Positions 30,718-39,734 of a stretch of DNA of 64,000 bases are shown in pieces. Within the stretch, counting starts at the first letter, position 1. Each line of letters starts with the position of its first letter. The stretch is taken from assembly GCA_963719225.1 (NCBI GenBank), contig CAVRAY010000001.1, positions 1,568,001 through 1,632,000 of the forward strand, written 5' to 3'. A program made the translations under genes and the position numbers. Source of the stretch: Thermoanaerobaculia bacterium (lineage in GTDB: Bacteria; Acidobacteriota; Thermoanaerobaculia; UBA5066). The notes below the pieces were generated by a model. The model searched no databases. It was not told the origin of the DNA and saw nothing but the letters and a program-made list of their open reading frames with translations.

Positions 30718-30721
30718 GCGT

Positions 30722-32209
30722 TTGACCGAGCCTTCGCCGGCCGAGCTTCTCGAAGGATCTTTCGTCACGATCGCCGATGCCGTCGGCACCGGGCGCGTCA
30801 CCGCGCGCGCTCTCGTCGAGGAATCCCTCGCGCGCGCGGGAAAGGCACGCGACGCGTTCGGCGCCTTCCTGTCGATCAGCGCCGAGATGTCCCTGGCCGA
30901 AGCGGGAGAGGTCGATCGGCGCGTCGCCGCGGGCGAGCGGCTGCCCCTCGCGGGCGTTCCGCTCGCCGTCAAGGACAACATCAACGTCGCGGGCCGCCCC
31001 TCCACGGCCGGCTCGAGGATCCTTTCCGGTTTCGTGGCGCCCGATCACGCGACGTGCGTCGCGCGGCTCGTCGAGGCCGGAGCCGTCGTCGTCGGCAAGA
31101 CGAATTGCGACGAGTTCGGAATGGGCTCGTCGAACGAGAACTCCGCGTACGGGCCGGTGCGGAATCCCTGGGATCCGTCGCGCGTGCCCGGCGGCTCCTC
31201 CGGAGGATCGGCGGCGTCCGTCGCCGCGCGCGCGGTGCCGCTCGCGATCGGAACGGACACGGGCGGATCGGTGCGGCAGCCGGCCGCTCTCTGCGGGCTC
31301 GTGGGCTGGAAACCGACGTACGGCCGCGTCTCGCGCTACGGCCTCATCGCCTTCGCGTCGTCCTTCGATCAGGCGGGCGCTCTGACGCGGTCGGTGGACG
31401 AGTCGGCGCGTGCGTTCGCCGTGATGGCGGGCGCCGACCCGCGAGACTCGACGGCGCTCGCGACCCCGGTGCCGGACGTCCTGGCGGCGCGCGGACAGGG
31501 CGCCCAGGGAGTGCGGATCGGCCTCCTGGCGGAAGCGTCGTCGGCGGACGGCGGCCTCCATCCGGACGTGAAGGCCTCCTTCGAAGCGGCCGCGGCGGCG
31601 CTCGGCGCCGCGGGCGGCGTCGTGTCGACGGTGTCCGTGCCGCGCGTGACACTCGCCGTTCCGGTCTACTACCTCACGGCCACGGCCGAGGCCTCCTCGA
31701 ATCTCGCGCGTTTCGACGGCGTGCGCTACGGCGCCCGAGCGGGAGAGGTCTCGCTCGCGAGCCTCTACCAGAAGACCCGGTCGGCGGGCTTCGGGCCGGA
31801 AGTGAAGCGGCGCATCCTGCTCGGCACGTTCGCACTTTCCGCCGGCTACCACGACGCCTATTACGGCCGCGCGCAGAGGGTCCGTGTGCTTCTCGCCTCG
31901 GACTTCGCCGAGGCCTTTCGCGGCGTGGACGCGATCCTGTGTCCGACCTCTCCCGAGCCCGCATTCGAGCTCGGCGCGAAGACGGACGATCCGCTCGCGA
32001 TGTACCTGGCCGACGTCTTCACGGTTCCCGCGAGCCTCGCGGGCCTGCCCGCGGTCTCGGTTCCCTCGGGCTTCTCCAGGGACGGACTACCCATCGGGAT
32101 GCAGCTCATCGGGCCGGGCGACTCCGAGCCGCTCCTTTTCGCGCTCGCGCGCGTCCTCGAGGACGCATCCGGCGCCCTCGCGCGGCGCCCACCGGGCGCG
32201 GTGAGTTGA
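30722..32209 (+). CDS. gatA: Asp/Glu-tRNA amidotransferase subunit A
   Basis: KDN, DEFGMGS, GGSSGGS, DTGGSVRQPA, EASSNLARFDGVRYG, FGPEVKRRILLGT. Confidence 0.95.
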   Translation: MTEPSPAELLEGSFVTIADAVGTGRVTARALVEESLARAGKARDAFGAFLSISAEMSLAEAGEVDRRVAAGERLPLAGVPLAVKDNINVAGRPSTAGSRILSGFVAPDHATCVARLVEAGAVVVGKTNCDEFGMGSSNENSAYGPVRNPWDPSRVPGGSSGGSAASVAARAVPLAIGTDTGGSVRQPAALCGLVGWKPTYGRVSRYGLIAFASSFDQAGALTRSVDESARAFAVMAGADPRDSTALATPVPDVLAARGQGAQGVRIGLLAEASSADGGLHPDVKASFEAAAAALGAAGGVVSTVSVPRVTLAVPVYYLTATAEASSNLARFDGVRYGARAGEVSLASLYQKTRSAGFGPEVKRRILLGTFALSAGYHDAYYGRAQRVRVLLASDFAEAFRGVDAILCPTSPEPAFELGAKTDDPLAMYLADVFTVPASLAGLPAVSVPSGFSRDGLPIGMQLIGPGDSEPLLFALARVLEDASGALARRPPGAVS

Positions 32210-34059
32210 GCGGACGGCGCTTTCTCGCCGCCGCGGCCGGCGCCGCGCTTTTCCTGCCGGCCGCCCCGTCGCTTCCCTCTGCTCCGGCCCGCCGGATCGA
32301 GGTGTCGCGGGACTTCGCCGTCCAGCGCGCGGACGGAGCGATCACCGTCGAGGCGCGGCCTCTCGAAGGGGAGACGCCGATCGAGTTCGTCCGCCGCGTC
32401 TCGACGGACGACGCGACGGCGCAGCGGCTGCTCGCCCTGCCGGGAGTCGCGGCGGGCACGCGAAGCGCCGTGCTCTCCTACGCCGCGCTCTCCGACGAAT
32501 CCAAGCGCGCCGCGATCGCGGCGCTCTTTCCGTCCGACGTGCGGGCGACGACGGGCTGGCTCCACATCGCGGTGGAGGAGGAACGTCTCGCCGGGATCGC
32601 CGAATGGTTCACGGGCACGGCCGACAACGCGAAGGCGCTGGCGACGGAGAACGCCCTCGGTCTCGACGTCGTGCCTCCCGGCGCGACCGTCCGGATTCCC
32701 GTGCACCTCCTCCTGCCGCCGTTCCGCGACGCCGAAAGCGTGCCCGACATGGAGCCGCCGAATCTCGTCTACGACCAGGACGAGAGGGGCCGCTACGCGG
32801 TGTACCGCCTGCGAAAAGGAGAGGCGCTCTATTCGGCGGTGGTGGTGCGCTTCACGGGCCGACTCGATGCCGTCGATGTGAACGACCTCGCCATGACCAT
32901 CGCGGCGCGCTCCGCGATCGAGAACGTCCACGCGATCCCGGTCGGTTACCCCGTGAAGATCCCGATGGAGTACCTGACCGAGGAGTTCCTCCCGAAGGGG
33001 GACCCGCGCTCCGTGGAGCGCGCGAAGGAGAAGGCCGAGTCCCAGCAGTTCGCGCGGCCCGAGATCGCCCGGGGCCTGGCGGGCGTGCGCGTGATCCTCG
33101 ACGCGGGTCACGGCGGCCGCGACACGGGGACTCTCCACGGGGACGTATGGGAATCGACGTACGTCTACGACGTCGCCTGCCGGCTGCGGAAGATCCTGGC
33201 CGAGAGAACGCGCGCCGAGGTCATCATGACGACGAAGGACTCGGCGCTGGGGTGGAAGGTGCCGGACCGCGACGGGCTTCGCGGTCGTCGGACCCAGTTC
33301 CTCCTCACCGACCCGGCCTACTCGCTCGCCGATCCCACGGTCGGCGTCAACCTCCGGTGGTACCTCGCGAACAGCCTGATCCGGCGGCCCGGGCCGGACG
33401 GCGAGAAGGTGCCTCCCGAACGGACGATCTTCGTCTCCCTTCACGCCGACTCGCTGCACCCGTCGGTGCGCGGCGCCATGGTCTACGTGCCCGGCGAGCG
33501 CTACCTGCGCGAACGCTACGGCAAGAAAGGTGCGGCGTACGCGGGGTATCGGGAGGTAAAGGAGCAGCCGGTCGTCTCGTTCAACCGCAAGGAGCGCGTC
33601 GCTTCCGAGGGCGCCTCCACGACGCTCGCGAACGCCATCATCGCCGCCATGCGCGAGGCGGGCCTGCCGATTCACAGTTTCTCGCCGGTGCGCACGCACG
33701 TGATCCGCTCGGGCCGCGAGTGGGTGCCGGCGGTCCTGCGCTACAACCGGGTCCCGAACCGGGTGCTCGTCGAGCTCGCGAATCTCGGAAACGAGGAGGA
33801 CCGCGCGCTCATGAAGACGCGCGCCTTCCGCGACTCGCTCGCCGACTCGCTCGCGTCCGCGGTCGTCGCCTTCTTCGGCGGCCCACCGCCCGGGCTCTAC
33901 GGGCCGGTGCCGCAGACCGCGTCCGCCCGGACGCCGAAACCGGTCAAGCCGGCGCCGAAAAGGCCGCGCAAGAGACGCTGGGGGCCACCGCCTCGAACCA
34001 GTTCCGGCGCGAGGCGTCGAGGAGTCCCGCGAGATCCACGAGCGCGACCGCACGGGTGA
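32206..34059 (+). CDS. N-acetylmuramoyl-L-alanine amidase (Amidase_3) with Tat signal
   Basis: TTG start, SGRRFL Tat motif; ILDAGHGG, SLHAD, VLVELAN zinc/catalytic motifs. Confidence 0.85.
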   Translation: MSGRRFLAAAAGAALFLPAAPSLPSAPARRIEVSRDFAVQRADGAITVEARPLEGETPIEFVRRVSTDDATAQRLLALPGVAAGTRSAVLSYAALSDESKRAAIAALFPSDVRATTGWLHIAVEEERLAGIAEWFTGTADNAKALATENALGLDVVPPGATVRIPVHLLLPPFRDAESVPDMEPPNLVYDQDERGRYAVYRLRKGEALYSAVVVRFTGRLDAVDVNDLAMTIAARSAIENVHAIPVGYPVKIPMEYLTEEFLPKGDPRSVERAKEKAESQQFARPEIARGLAGVRVILDAGHGGRDTGTLHGDVWESTYVYDVACRLRKILAERTRAEVIMTTKDSALGWKVPDRDGLRGRRTQFLLTDPAYSLADPTVGVNLRWYLANSLIRRPGPDGEKVPPERTIFVSLHADSLHPSVRGAMVYVPGERYLRERYGKKGAAYAGYREVKEQPVVSFNRKERVASEGASTTLANAIIAAMREAGLPIHSFSPVRTHVIRSGREWVPAVLRYNRVPNRVLVELANLGNEEDRALMKTRAFRDSLADSLASAVVAFFGGPPPGLYGPVPQTASARTPKPVKPAPKRPRKRRWGPPPRTSSGARRRGVPRDPRARPHG

Positions 34060-35452
34060 CGTCGGCGAGGAGCCGGGCGCGGGAAGGCGTGTCCCGCGGC
34101 GAGAGGGCCGCACGGCAGCAGGCGTCGAAGGCCGGCGCGAACTCGCCATGCGAACCGCACAGGAACGTGCCCGCGAGGTCGGGCCTTCCGGCCCGCCGCG
34201 CCGATTCCGAGAAGTGGGCCGCGGCGAAGTAGAGCTTGGACAACTGGACGAAGAGCGGAAAATCGCCGAGAGCCGAATAGAGCGCCGCGACCAGCCGGGC
34301 GGAGCGGTCGGCCTCCTGGAGGGTGAGGGCGCCGAAGGCCGCGAGGCGGGCGTCGAAGCGCGGCGTCCCGAAATCCTGCTCGAGCGCCTCGGCGAGCCGC
34401 TGAATGCCGAGGAGCGCGAGCGGGAAGCCCGTCGAGAGGAGCGGGTCGGCGAACGCCGCGGCCGACGGGAGGAGAGCCCACCCCGGCCCGGCGGCGCGGG
34501 CGCGCCGGAACCCGAGGCGCGGCTCATGGACGAACGGGCGGACGGGACGCGCGTTCGCGAACTGGGCGCCGACGCTCGGGAAGCGGGCGAGCAGACGCTC
34601 CCATGCGGGAGCGCCCTCCTCCAGACGAAGGTCGCGCGCGAGAGGCTTCTCGGCGGCGACGCCCGCGCTCGTGACGCCGTTCGAGAAGCGGAGGACCCAG
34701 ATCCAGCCGCCGGGGAAGACGTGGTGAACCGCCGCGTCGTCGACGGGGTAGGGCGGGGAGTCCGGCGACGCGAAGTCGGGCATCTCGTCGAGGCGGCGAA
34801 CGCCCGTGAAATGGGAGAAGAGGGATTCCGTCGAAGGAAGGCCGGCGGGAGCCGCCTCACCAGCGCCCAGCGCGGCGGCGAGCGCACCGTCGCGGCCCGA
34901 CGCATCCACGAGGAACGCGGCGCGGACGGAGAGCGGGCCATCTTCCCTTTCGAAGGAGATCTCCCATCCCCTTTCCCCGCGAACGACGTCCCGCAGGGCG
35001 GCGCGATCCAGATAACGGGCGCCGGCCGCCTCCGCCTCCTTCAGAAGAAGGAAATCGAATTCTTCCCGGTACCAATGCGTGTCGGCGACCTCGTCGTCCG
35101 GGCTCGCCGCGACGAGGAGCTGGTCCTGCCGATCCGGGGCGTTCGCGAACGGGCGACCCTCCGCGTGATGGAAGAAGCTGAAGCCGCGTTTCAGGCCGCA
35201 GCTCACCTCGGGGTACGCGCGCCTCCACGAGCCCCACTTCGCGAACGGCCGGATCCGGGGGAGGTCGTAGCGCCCGGCGATCTCCTCGAGCAGGAGATTC
35301 GCAAGCGGCGACGTGGACTCGCCGATCGCGAAACGCGGATGGGACCCTCTTTCGAGGAGCACGACGGAGAGTCCGAGCCGCCGCGACACGAGAGCGAGAA
35401 GCGTGCCCGCGAAGCCGGACCCCACGATCGCGACGTCGAACGCGCCTTGCAT
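33944..35452 (-). CDS. Flavin-dependent halogenase-family protein
   Basis: GSGFAG, PRFAIGES, GLKRGF (putative catalytic Lys), GWIWVL, AFADPLLSTG. Confidence 0.8.
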   Translation of the reverse strand: MQGAFDVAIVGSGFAGTLLALVSRRLGLSVVLLERGSHPRFAIGESTSPLANLLLEEIAGRYDLPRIRPFAKWGSWRRAYPEVSCGLKRGFSFFHHAEGRPFANAPDRQDQLLVAASPDDEVADTHWYREEFDFLLLKEAEAAGARYLDRAALRDVVRGERGWEISFEREDGPLSVRAAFLVDASGRDGALAAALGAGEAAPAGLPSTESLFSHFTGVRRLDEMPDFASPDSPPYPVDDAAVHHVFPGGWIWVLRFSNGVTSAGVAAEKPLARDLRLEEGAPAWERLLARFPSVGAQFANARPVRPFVHEPRLGFRRARAAGPGWALLPSAAAFADPLLSTGFPLALLGIQRLAEALEQDFGTPRFDARLAAFGALTLQEADRSARLVAALYSALGDFPLFVQLSKLYFAAAHFSESARRAGRPDLAGTFLCGSHGEFAPAFDACCRAALSPRDTPSRARLLADVTRAVALVDLAGLLDASRRNWFEAVAPSVSCAAFSAPA

Positions 35453-35455
35453 GCG

Positions 35456-36517
35456 TTACGCCCCAGTGCGCGAGCGACCCAGGCACGAGGGACATTGAGG
35501 AGGAAGAGGAAGATTTCGTTGAATGAGGTTCATTTCGCGGAGCCTGTGCACGCGAGCCGCGGCGCAGCAGGCCGGGGCGCTGAGAGCGTCCGCATTCCAG
35601 AGATCCGCAAGAACGAGACCCGCCGCGCGGTGTCGTCCTTCTTCACCTTCTAGGAAATCCCCCGGCGCTTTCCCCTCTTCCCCTTCTAAGAAATCTTCTC
35701 TTCGTTCTTCTTCCAGGGAATCTCCCAGCGCCATCTCCAGATCCTCGAGCGTCGGGGGAATGAACAGACCCTGCCTCTGCAGCTCTTCCATCGCGCCGTT
35801 GCCGAGGCGCGTCGGGATGAGAGAGACGACCTCCGCGCCCGCCCGAAAGGACGTCGCGACGCTCCTGCGCGTTGCGTCCGCCCACTCCTCTCTCCGCAGA
35901 AACGGGAGCCCGACGAGGACGAAGCTGCGGACGCCGATCGCGTGAGACGAGAGGAATCGACAGGCGTTCTCGAAATCTTCGACCGTCATCCCCTTGTCCA
36001 GTCTTCTCAGGATCTCCTCGTTGGCGGTCTCGAGCCCGAGAGCGATCTGGAGGCGCGGGCCCCCGAGGAGATCGCGAAACCGCAGGCTCGATTCGCCGAC
36101 GAGCGCGGGGTGGCATTCCACGACCACGCTCTCGAAACCGCGCGCGAGCGAGGCGATTTCCTCGTGGTCCCCCCGCGGAATCGACGCGCGGTCGAAGAAG
36201 CTGCCCGCGTTGTAGAGCTTCAGGACGTTCGCGGCGGGCAGCCTCTCGAGCGCGTAGCGGAGCTGCGCCGGAATCGCGCCCCTCGGCGTCGGCGCCTCGA
36301 GCGTGTTCTTCCAGAGATCGCACATGAGGCAGTGCCAGGGGCACTCCCGGTTCGTCAGGAAGACCGTGGCGACCCGGTCCGTTCCGCCGTCCACGCGGGG
36401 CTCCTCCTCGACGAAGACGCCGTACGGGCGGAACGGATCCACCGCGTTGCGGTCGGGCCGCAGGCCGAGGATCGCCTCCTCGCGCGCCTCGCGGTCGATG
36501 GAAGAGAAATCGATCAC
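35456..36517 (-). CDS. Radical SAM protein (Elp3/RaSEA-like)
   Basis: CPWHCLMC, KLYNAGSFFD, VECHP, GLETA; GTG at 36517 overlaps the upstream TGA. Confidence 0.85.
   Translation of the reverse strand: MIDFSSIDREAREEAILGLRPDRNAVDPFRPYGVFVEEEPRVDGGTDRVATVFLTNRECPWHCLMCDLWKNTLEAPTPRGAIPAQLRYALERLPAANVLKLYNAGSFFDRASIPRGDHEEIASLARGFESVVVECHPALVGESSLRFRDLLGGPRLQIALGLETANEEILRRLDKGMTVEDFENACRFLSSHAIGVRSFVLVGLPFLRREEWADATRRSVATSFRAGAEVVSLIPTRLGNGAMEELQRQGLFIPPTLEDLEMALGDSLEEERREDFLEGEEGKAPGDFLEGEEGRHRAAGLVLADLWNADALSAPACCAAARVHRLREMNLIQRNLPLPPQCPSCLGRSRTGA
35682..35696 (+). repeat. Dispersed motif CCTTCTAAGAAATCT, perfect copy
   Basis: Identical 15-mers at 63076-63090 (+) and 62053-62067 (-); near copy at 35646. 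Confidence 0.7.
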
Positions 36518-37856
36518 GCGGCGCCGAGGTATCGCGACAGGAACGCGGCGCGATACTGCGCCTCGGAGAAGGGAAAGCGCCGCGCGTAGACGTCCTGTCC
36601 GCCGGCGCCGTGCTGGAACCTCCGTTTCGGGTAGACGGGCATCCTCCGGCCGGTGATCGCTTCGACCCCGCGCGAGACGATCCCGCCCTTCAGCGCGTAG
36701 AGCTTCTGGACGTCTCCCTCGGTGAGCGCGTCGAACGGGATTCCCTCGGCCACGGCAATGACGCGGGACGCGTGAACGGGCTGAAGCCGGAGAAGCCGCA
36801 GGCGCGAAGGGGTGCGTACGTGCGCGCGTACGAGCGGCTCTGGCCTCCGGAGTACGTGTCCGAGTGCTTGAGCGAGCCGACGCCCCAGCCTTCCTGGTAG
36901 AGCATGGGGTTCGTGACGACGCTCCGGATCGTGAGCTCGGGTTTTCGTCGATGGGGTAGTCCTTCAGGTTCTCGTCGCCGCCGTCGCCGTCCAGGAGGAA
37001 CCGCCACCGGGGATGGCGGGCGCGGATCCCGCGGAGGAGCGCGAGCGCCATCGTCGCGGACTCCACGTCGCGCGGCTTGTAATCCTCGATGATCCGCACG
37101 GCCTCCACCGGGTCGCAGCGAAGCCGGGTCGACCTCGACGTTCTCGAGGAAGAAACCGAGGTCGAGAGCCTCGAGGAAGGCCCTCGCCTGCGCGAGATCC
37201 GGGCCTTCGAAGGTCGGCCCGCTGCCGAGGGAGAGCGTGAAGGCCTTGAGGCGCGACGGGCTCATGCCCAGGCGGCGGAGGACATGGTGCGTCACGAGGA
37301 AAACGGCACCGCTGTCGATGCCGCCCGAGAAGCAGACGCCGACGGGCTCGTTCGGGGGAACCGTACGGAGCCACTTCGCGATCTCGTTCGCGAGCGCGCC
37401 CACGTAGAGGCGGCCGATCTCGCCGAGGTCGGAAGGAAGGACGTTCCGCGCGGGCGTGAACGTCCGCACGTAGCTCGGGGCGGGGTCCGGGCAGCCGACG
37501 AGCCGCAGCGTGACGACGTGGTGCGCAGGCACCATGCGCGTATAGCTCGGGTGGAACTGGTCGGCGTGAGAGTGCTCGGCGAGCCAGCTCTCGATCGCGT
37601 CGATCCGGTCCGCGACGACGAGAACGGGGCCGTCCTTTTCCTTCGCGAGGAAATACCTCAGGGGGCGGTCGAGAGAGCGCGCGAGCCGCACGGTGATCCC
37701 GTCCACCCCGACGAGCGCGTACGAGCCGTCGAGGGCGGCGACGGCTTCCGCGTCCCCGGACGCCACGCGCGCGCGGGCGACCTCGAGGGAGCGGCCGTGG
37801 AGAACGTTGAGGGCCGGATCGGTGAGATCGACGACGCGGGCGACGGAACGGTACAT
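36514..37856 (-). pseudogene. Asparagine-synthase-like ATP pyrophosphatase, three frameshifts (assembly error or pseudogene)
   Basis: CFSGGIDS PP-loop, DGDGGDE, KRRFQHG spread across frames; shifts near 37115, 36940 and 36764. Confidence 0.75.
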
Positions 37857-37997
37857 CGGCCTCGAGCCTCCGGGGGCGATGCTAACGCGGCCGACGGCCT
37901 TCCTCCGCGCGGGCCTGCTATATTCCGACGGCTTCTGCGCCCGCCGGCGGCCTCGCGGCATCCGGTCGAGGCCCGACGCGGAGGTCACCGAAAAGAG

Positions 37998-38999
37998 ATG
38001 CTCGAAGCGCACGGACTCTCAAAGTCGTTTTACGGAACACCGGCGGTCACGGACGTGAGCTTCCGGGTCGAGAGCGGCGAGATCCTCGGCTTTCTCGGCC
38101 CCAACGGAGCCGGCAAGACGACCACGATGCGGATGATCACGGGCTTCCTCGAGCCGACCGCCGGCCGCGTGACGCTCGCGGACGTGGACGTCATGGAAAA
38201 GCCCCTTCTCGCCAAGCGCTCGCTCGGATACCTGCCCGAGACGCTCGCGCTCTACCCGGAGATGCGGGTCCGGGAATACGTCGCCTTCCGCGCCGAGCTC
38301 TGCGGAGTCCCGGGTCGCGAGGTGAAGGCGTTCGTCGACGAGGCGCTCCGGAAGTGCTTCGTGGACGACGTCGCGTCGAATCCGATCGGCAACCTCTCGA
38401 AGGGATACCGCCAGCGCGTCGGCCTCGCGGGAGCGCTCGTCCACAAGCCGAAGGTGCTCGTGCTCGACGAGCCCACGGTCGGGCTGGACCCGCGCCAGAT
38501 CGTGAAGGTGCGCGAGCTTATCCGGGACCTCAGAAAGGACCACACGATCCTGCTGTCGACGCACATCCTTCCCGAAGCCGAGCTCGTCTGCGACCGGATC
38601 CTCATCATCGACAAGGGTCGCATCGTGGCTTCCGGGACGCCCGAGACGCTTCGCCACCAGATGTCGCAGATGCCCAGCGTGACCGTCACCCTGAAGGGCG
38701 AGGTGCCCGAGGCCGATGCCGTCTTCCGCCAGCTGGCCGGCGTCTCGCGCGCCTCGCGCATCGGGGCAGGCGGCGAGACGCGCGTCACGCTCGACGGCGA
38801 GGCGGGCACGGACCTGCGCGAATCCGTCTTCAAGGAGACCGTCACGCGCGGCTGGACCCTGCTCGAGCTCACGCCCCGCCAGGCTTCGCTCGAGGACGTG
38901 TTCGTGCGCCTCGTCTCCCGCGACGCCGCCGTCGAGGTCGACACGAAGCCGGGCGTCGACCCGAGCCTCGAGGCGACCGCCACGGGGGTTCCGAAGTGA
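37998..38999 (+). CDS. ABC transporter ATP-binding subunit (GldA-like)
   Basis: GPNGAGKTT, LSKGYRQRV, LDEPT, STH. Confidence 0.92.
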   Translation: MLEAHGLSKSFYGTPAVTDVSFRVESGEILGFLGPNGAGKTTTMRMITGFLEPTAGRVTLADVDVMEKPLLAKRSLGYLPETLALYPEMRVREYVAFRAELCGVPGREVKAFVDEALRKCFVDDVASNPIGNLSKGYRQRVGLAGALVHKPKVLVLDEPTVGLDPRQIVKVRELIRDLRKDHTILLSTHILPEAELVCDRILIIDKGRIVASGTPETLRHQMSQMPSVTVTLKGEVPEADAVFRQLAGVSRASRIGAGGETRVTLDGEAGTDLRESVFKETVTRGWTLLELTPRQASLEDVFVRLVSRDAAVEVDTKPGVDPSLEATATGVPK

Positions 39000-39733
39000 A
39001 GGCCTTCGTCGCGATCGTCAAGCGCGAGTTCTTCTCGTACTTCGTCTCACCGCTCGGCTACCTCGTGCTGACGTCGTTCCTGCTCGTGAGCGGGTGGGTC
39101 TTCATGGTGCTCGTCGGAGCGCTCAATTCGCCGGATACGCCCCGGATGGCGCTCATGTCCACGTTCTTCACGAACGTGTTTCAGTGGATCTTCCTGATGC
39201 TCGTCTCGGCGATCATCGCGATGCGGCTCCTCACGGAAGAGCGCAAGTCGGGCTCCATCGAGACGCTGCTGACCGCGCCCGTGTCCGAGGCGACCGTCGT
39301 GGCGGCGAAGTTCACGGGAGCCTGGTGCTTCTTCCTTTTCCTGTTCGTTCCGACGGTGACCTATCCGCTCCTGCTCTCGCGCTTCGGAGGATTCGACCTC
39401 GGGCCGGTCCTCGCGGGCTACCTCGGAATCGCGCTCATCGGCGCGCTCTTCATCTCCGCCGGCACGTTCGCGTCCGCGCTCACGAAGAACCAGATCGTCG
39501 CCGCCATCCTCGCGTTCGTTCTCATCCTCGGCAGCTTCATCATCGGGATCGCGCGAGACTTCCTGCCCTTCCCCTCGGCGCGCGAGGCGCTGAGCTACCT
39601 GAACATCCTCGAGCACATGGATGACTTCGCCCGGGGCATCGTGGACACGCGCCGAATTCTCTACGTCGTCTCGACTGTGGTCTTCTTCCTCTTCCTCTCG
39701 ACGCGCGCCCTCGAGGCGAACAAGGCCCGCTGA
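38996..39733 (+). CDS. ABC-2 permease (GldF-like)
   Basis: YFVSPLGY, MRLLTEERKSGSIETLLTAP, LTKNQIVAA; multiple TM helices. Confidence 0.88.
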   Translation: MKAFVAIVKREFFSYFVSPLGYLVLTSFLLVSGWVFMVLVGALNSPDTPRMALMSTFFTNVFQWIFLMLVSAIIAMRLLTEERKSGSIETLLTAPVSEATVVAAKFTGAWCFFLFLFVPTVTYPLLLSRFGGFDLGPVLAGYLGIALIGALFISAGTFASALTKNQIVAAILAFVLILGSFIIGIARDFLPFPSAREALSYLNILEHMDDFARGIVDTRRILYVVSTVVFFLFLSTRALEANKAR

Positions 39734-39734
39734 G

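Noticed and set aside
31054-32205. 1001-aa amidase with long N-terminal extension
   Set aside because: The extension is an off-frame read through gatA; the Tat signal marks the start at 32206.
35456-37108. Apparent Asn-synthase/radical SAM fusion (550 aa ORF)
   Set aside because: Artefact of the frameshifts; the radical SAM has its own GTG at 36517 overlapping the upstream stop.
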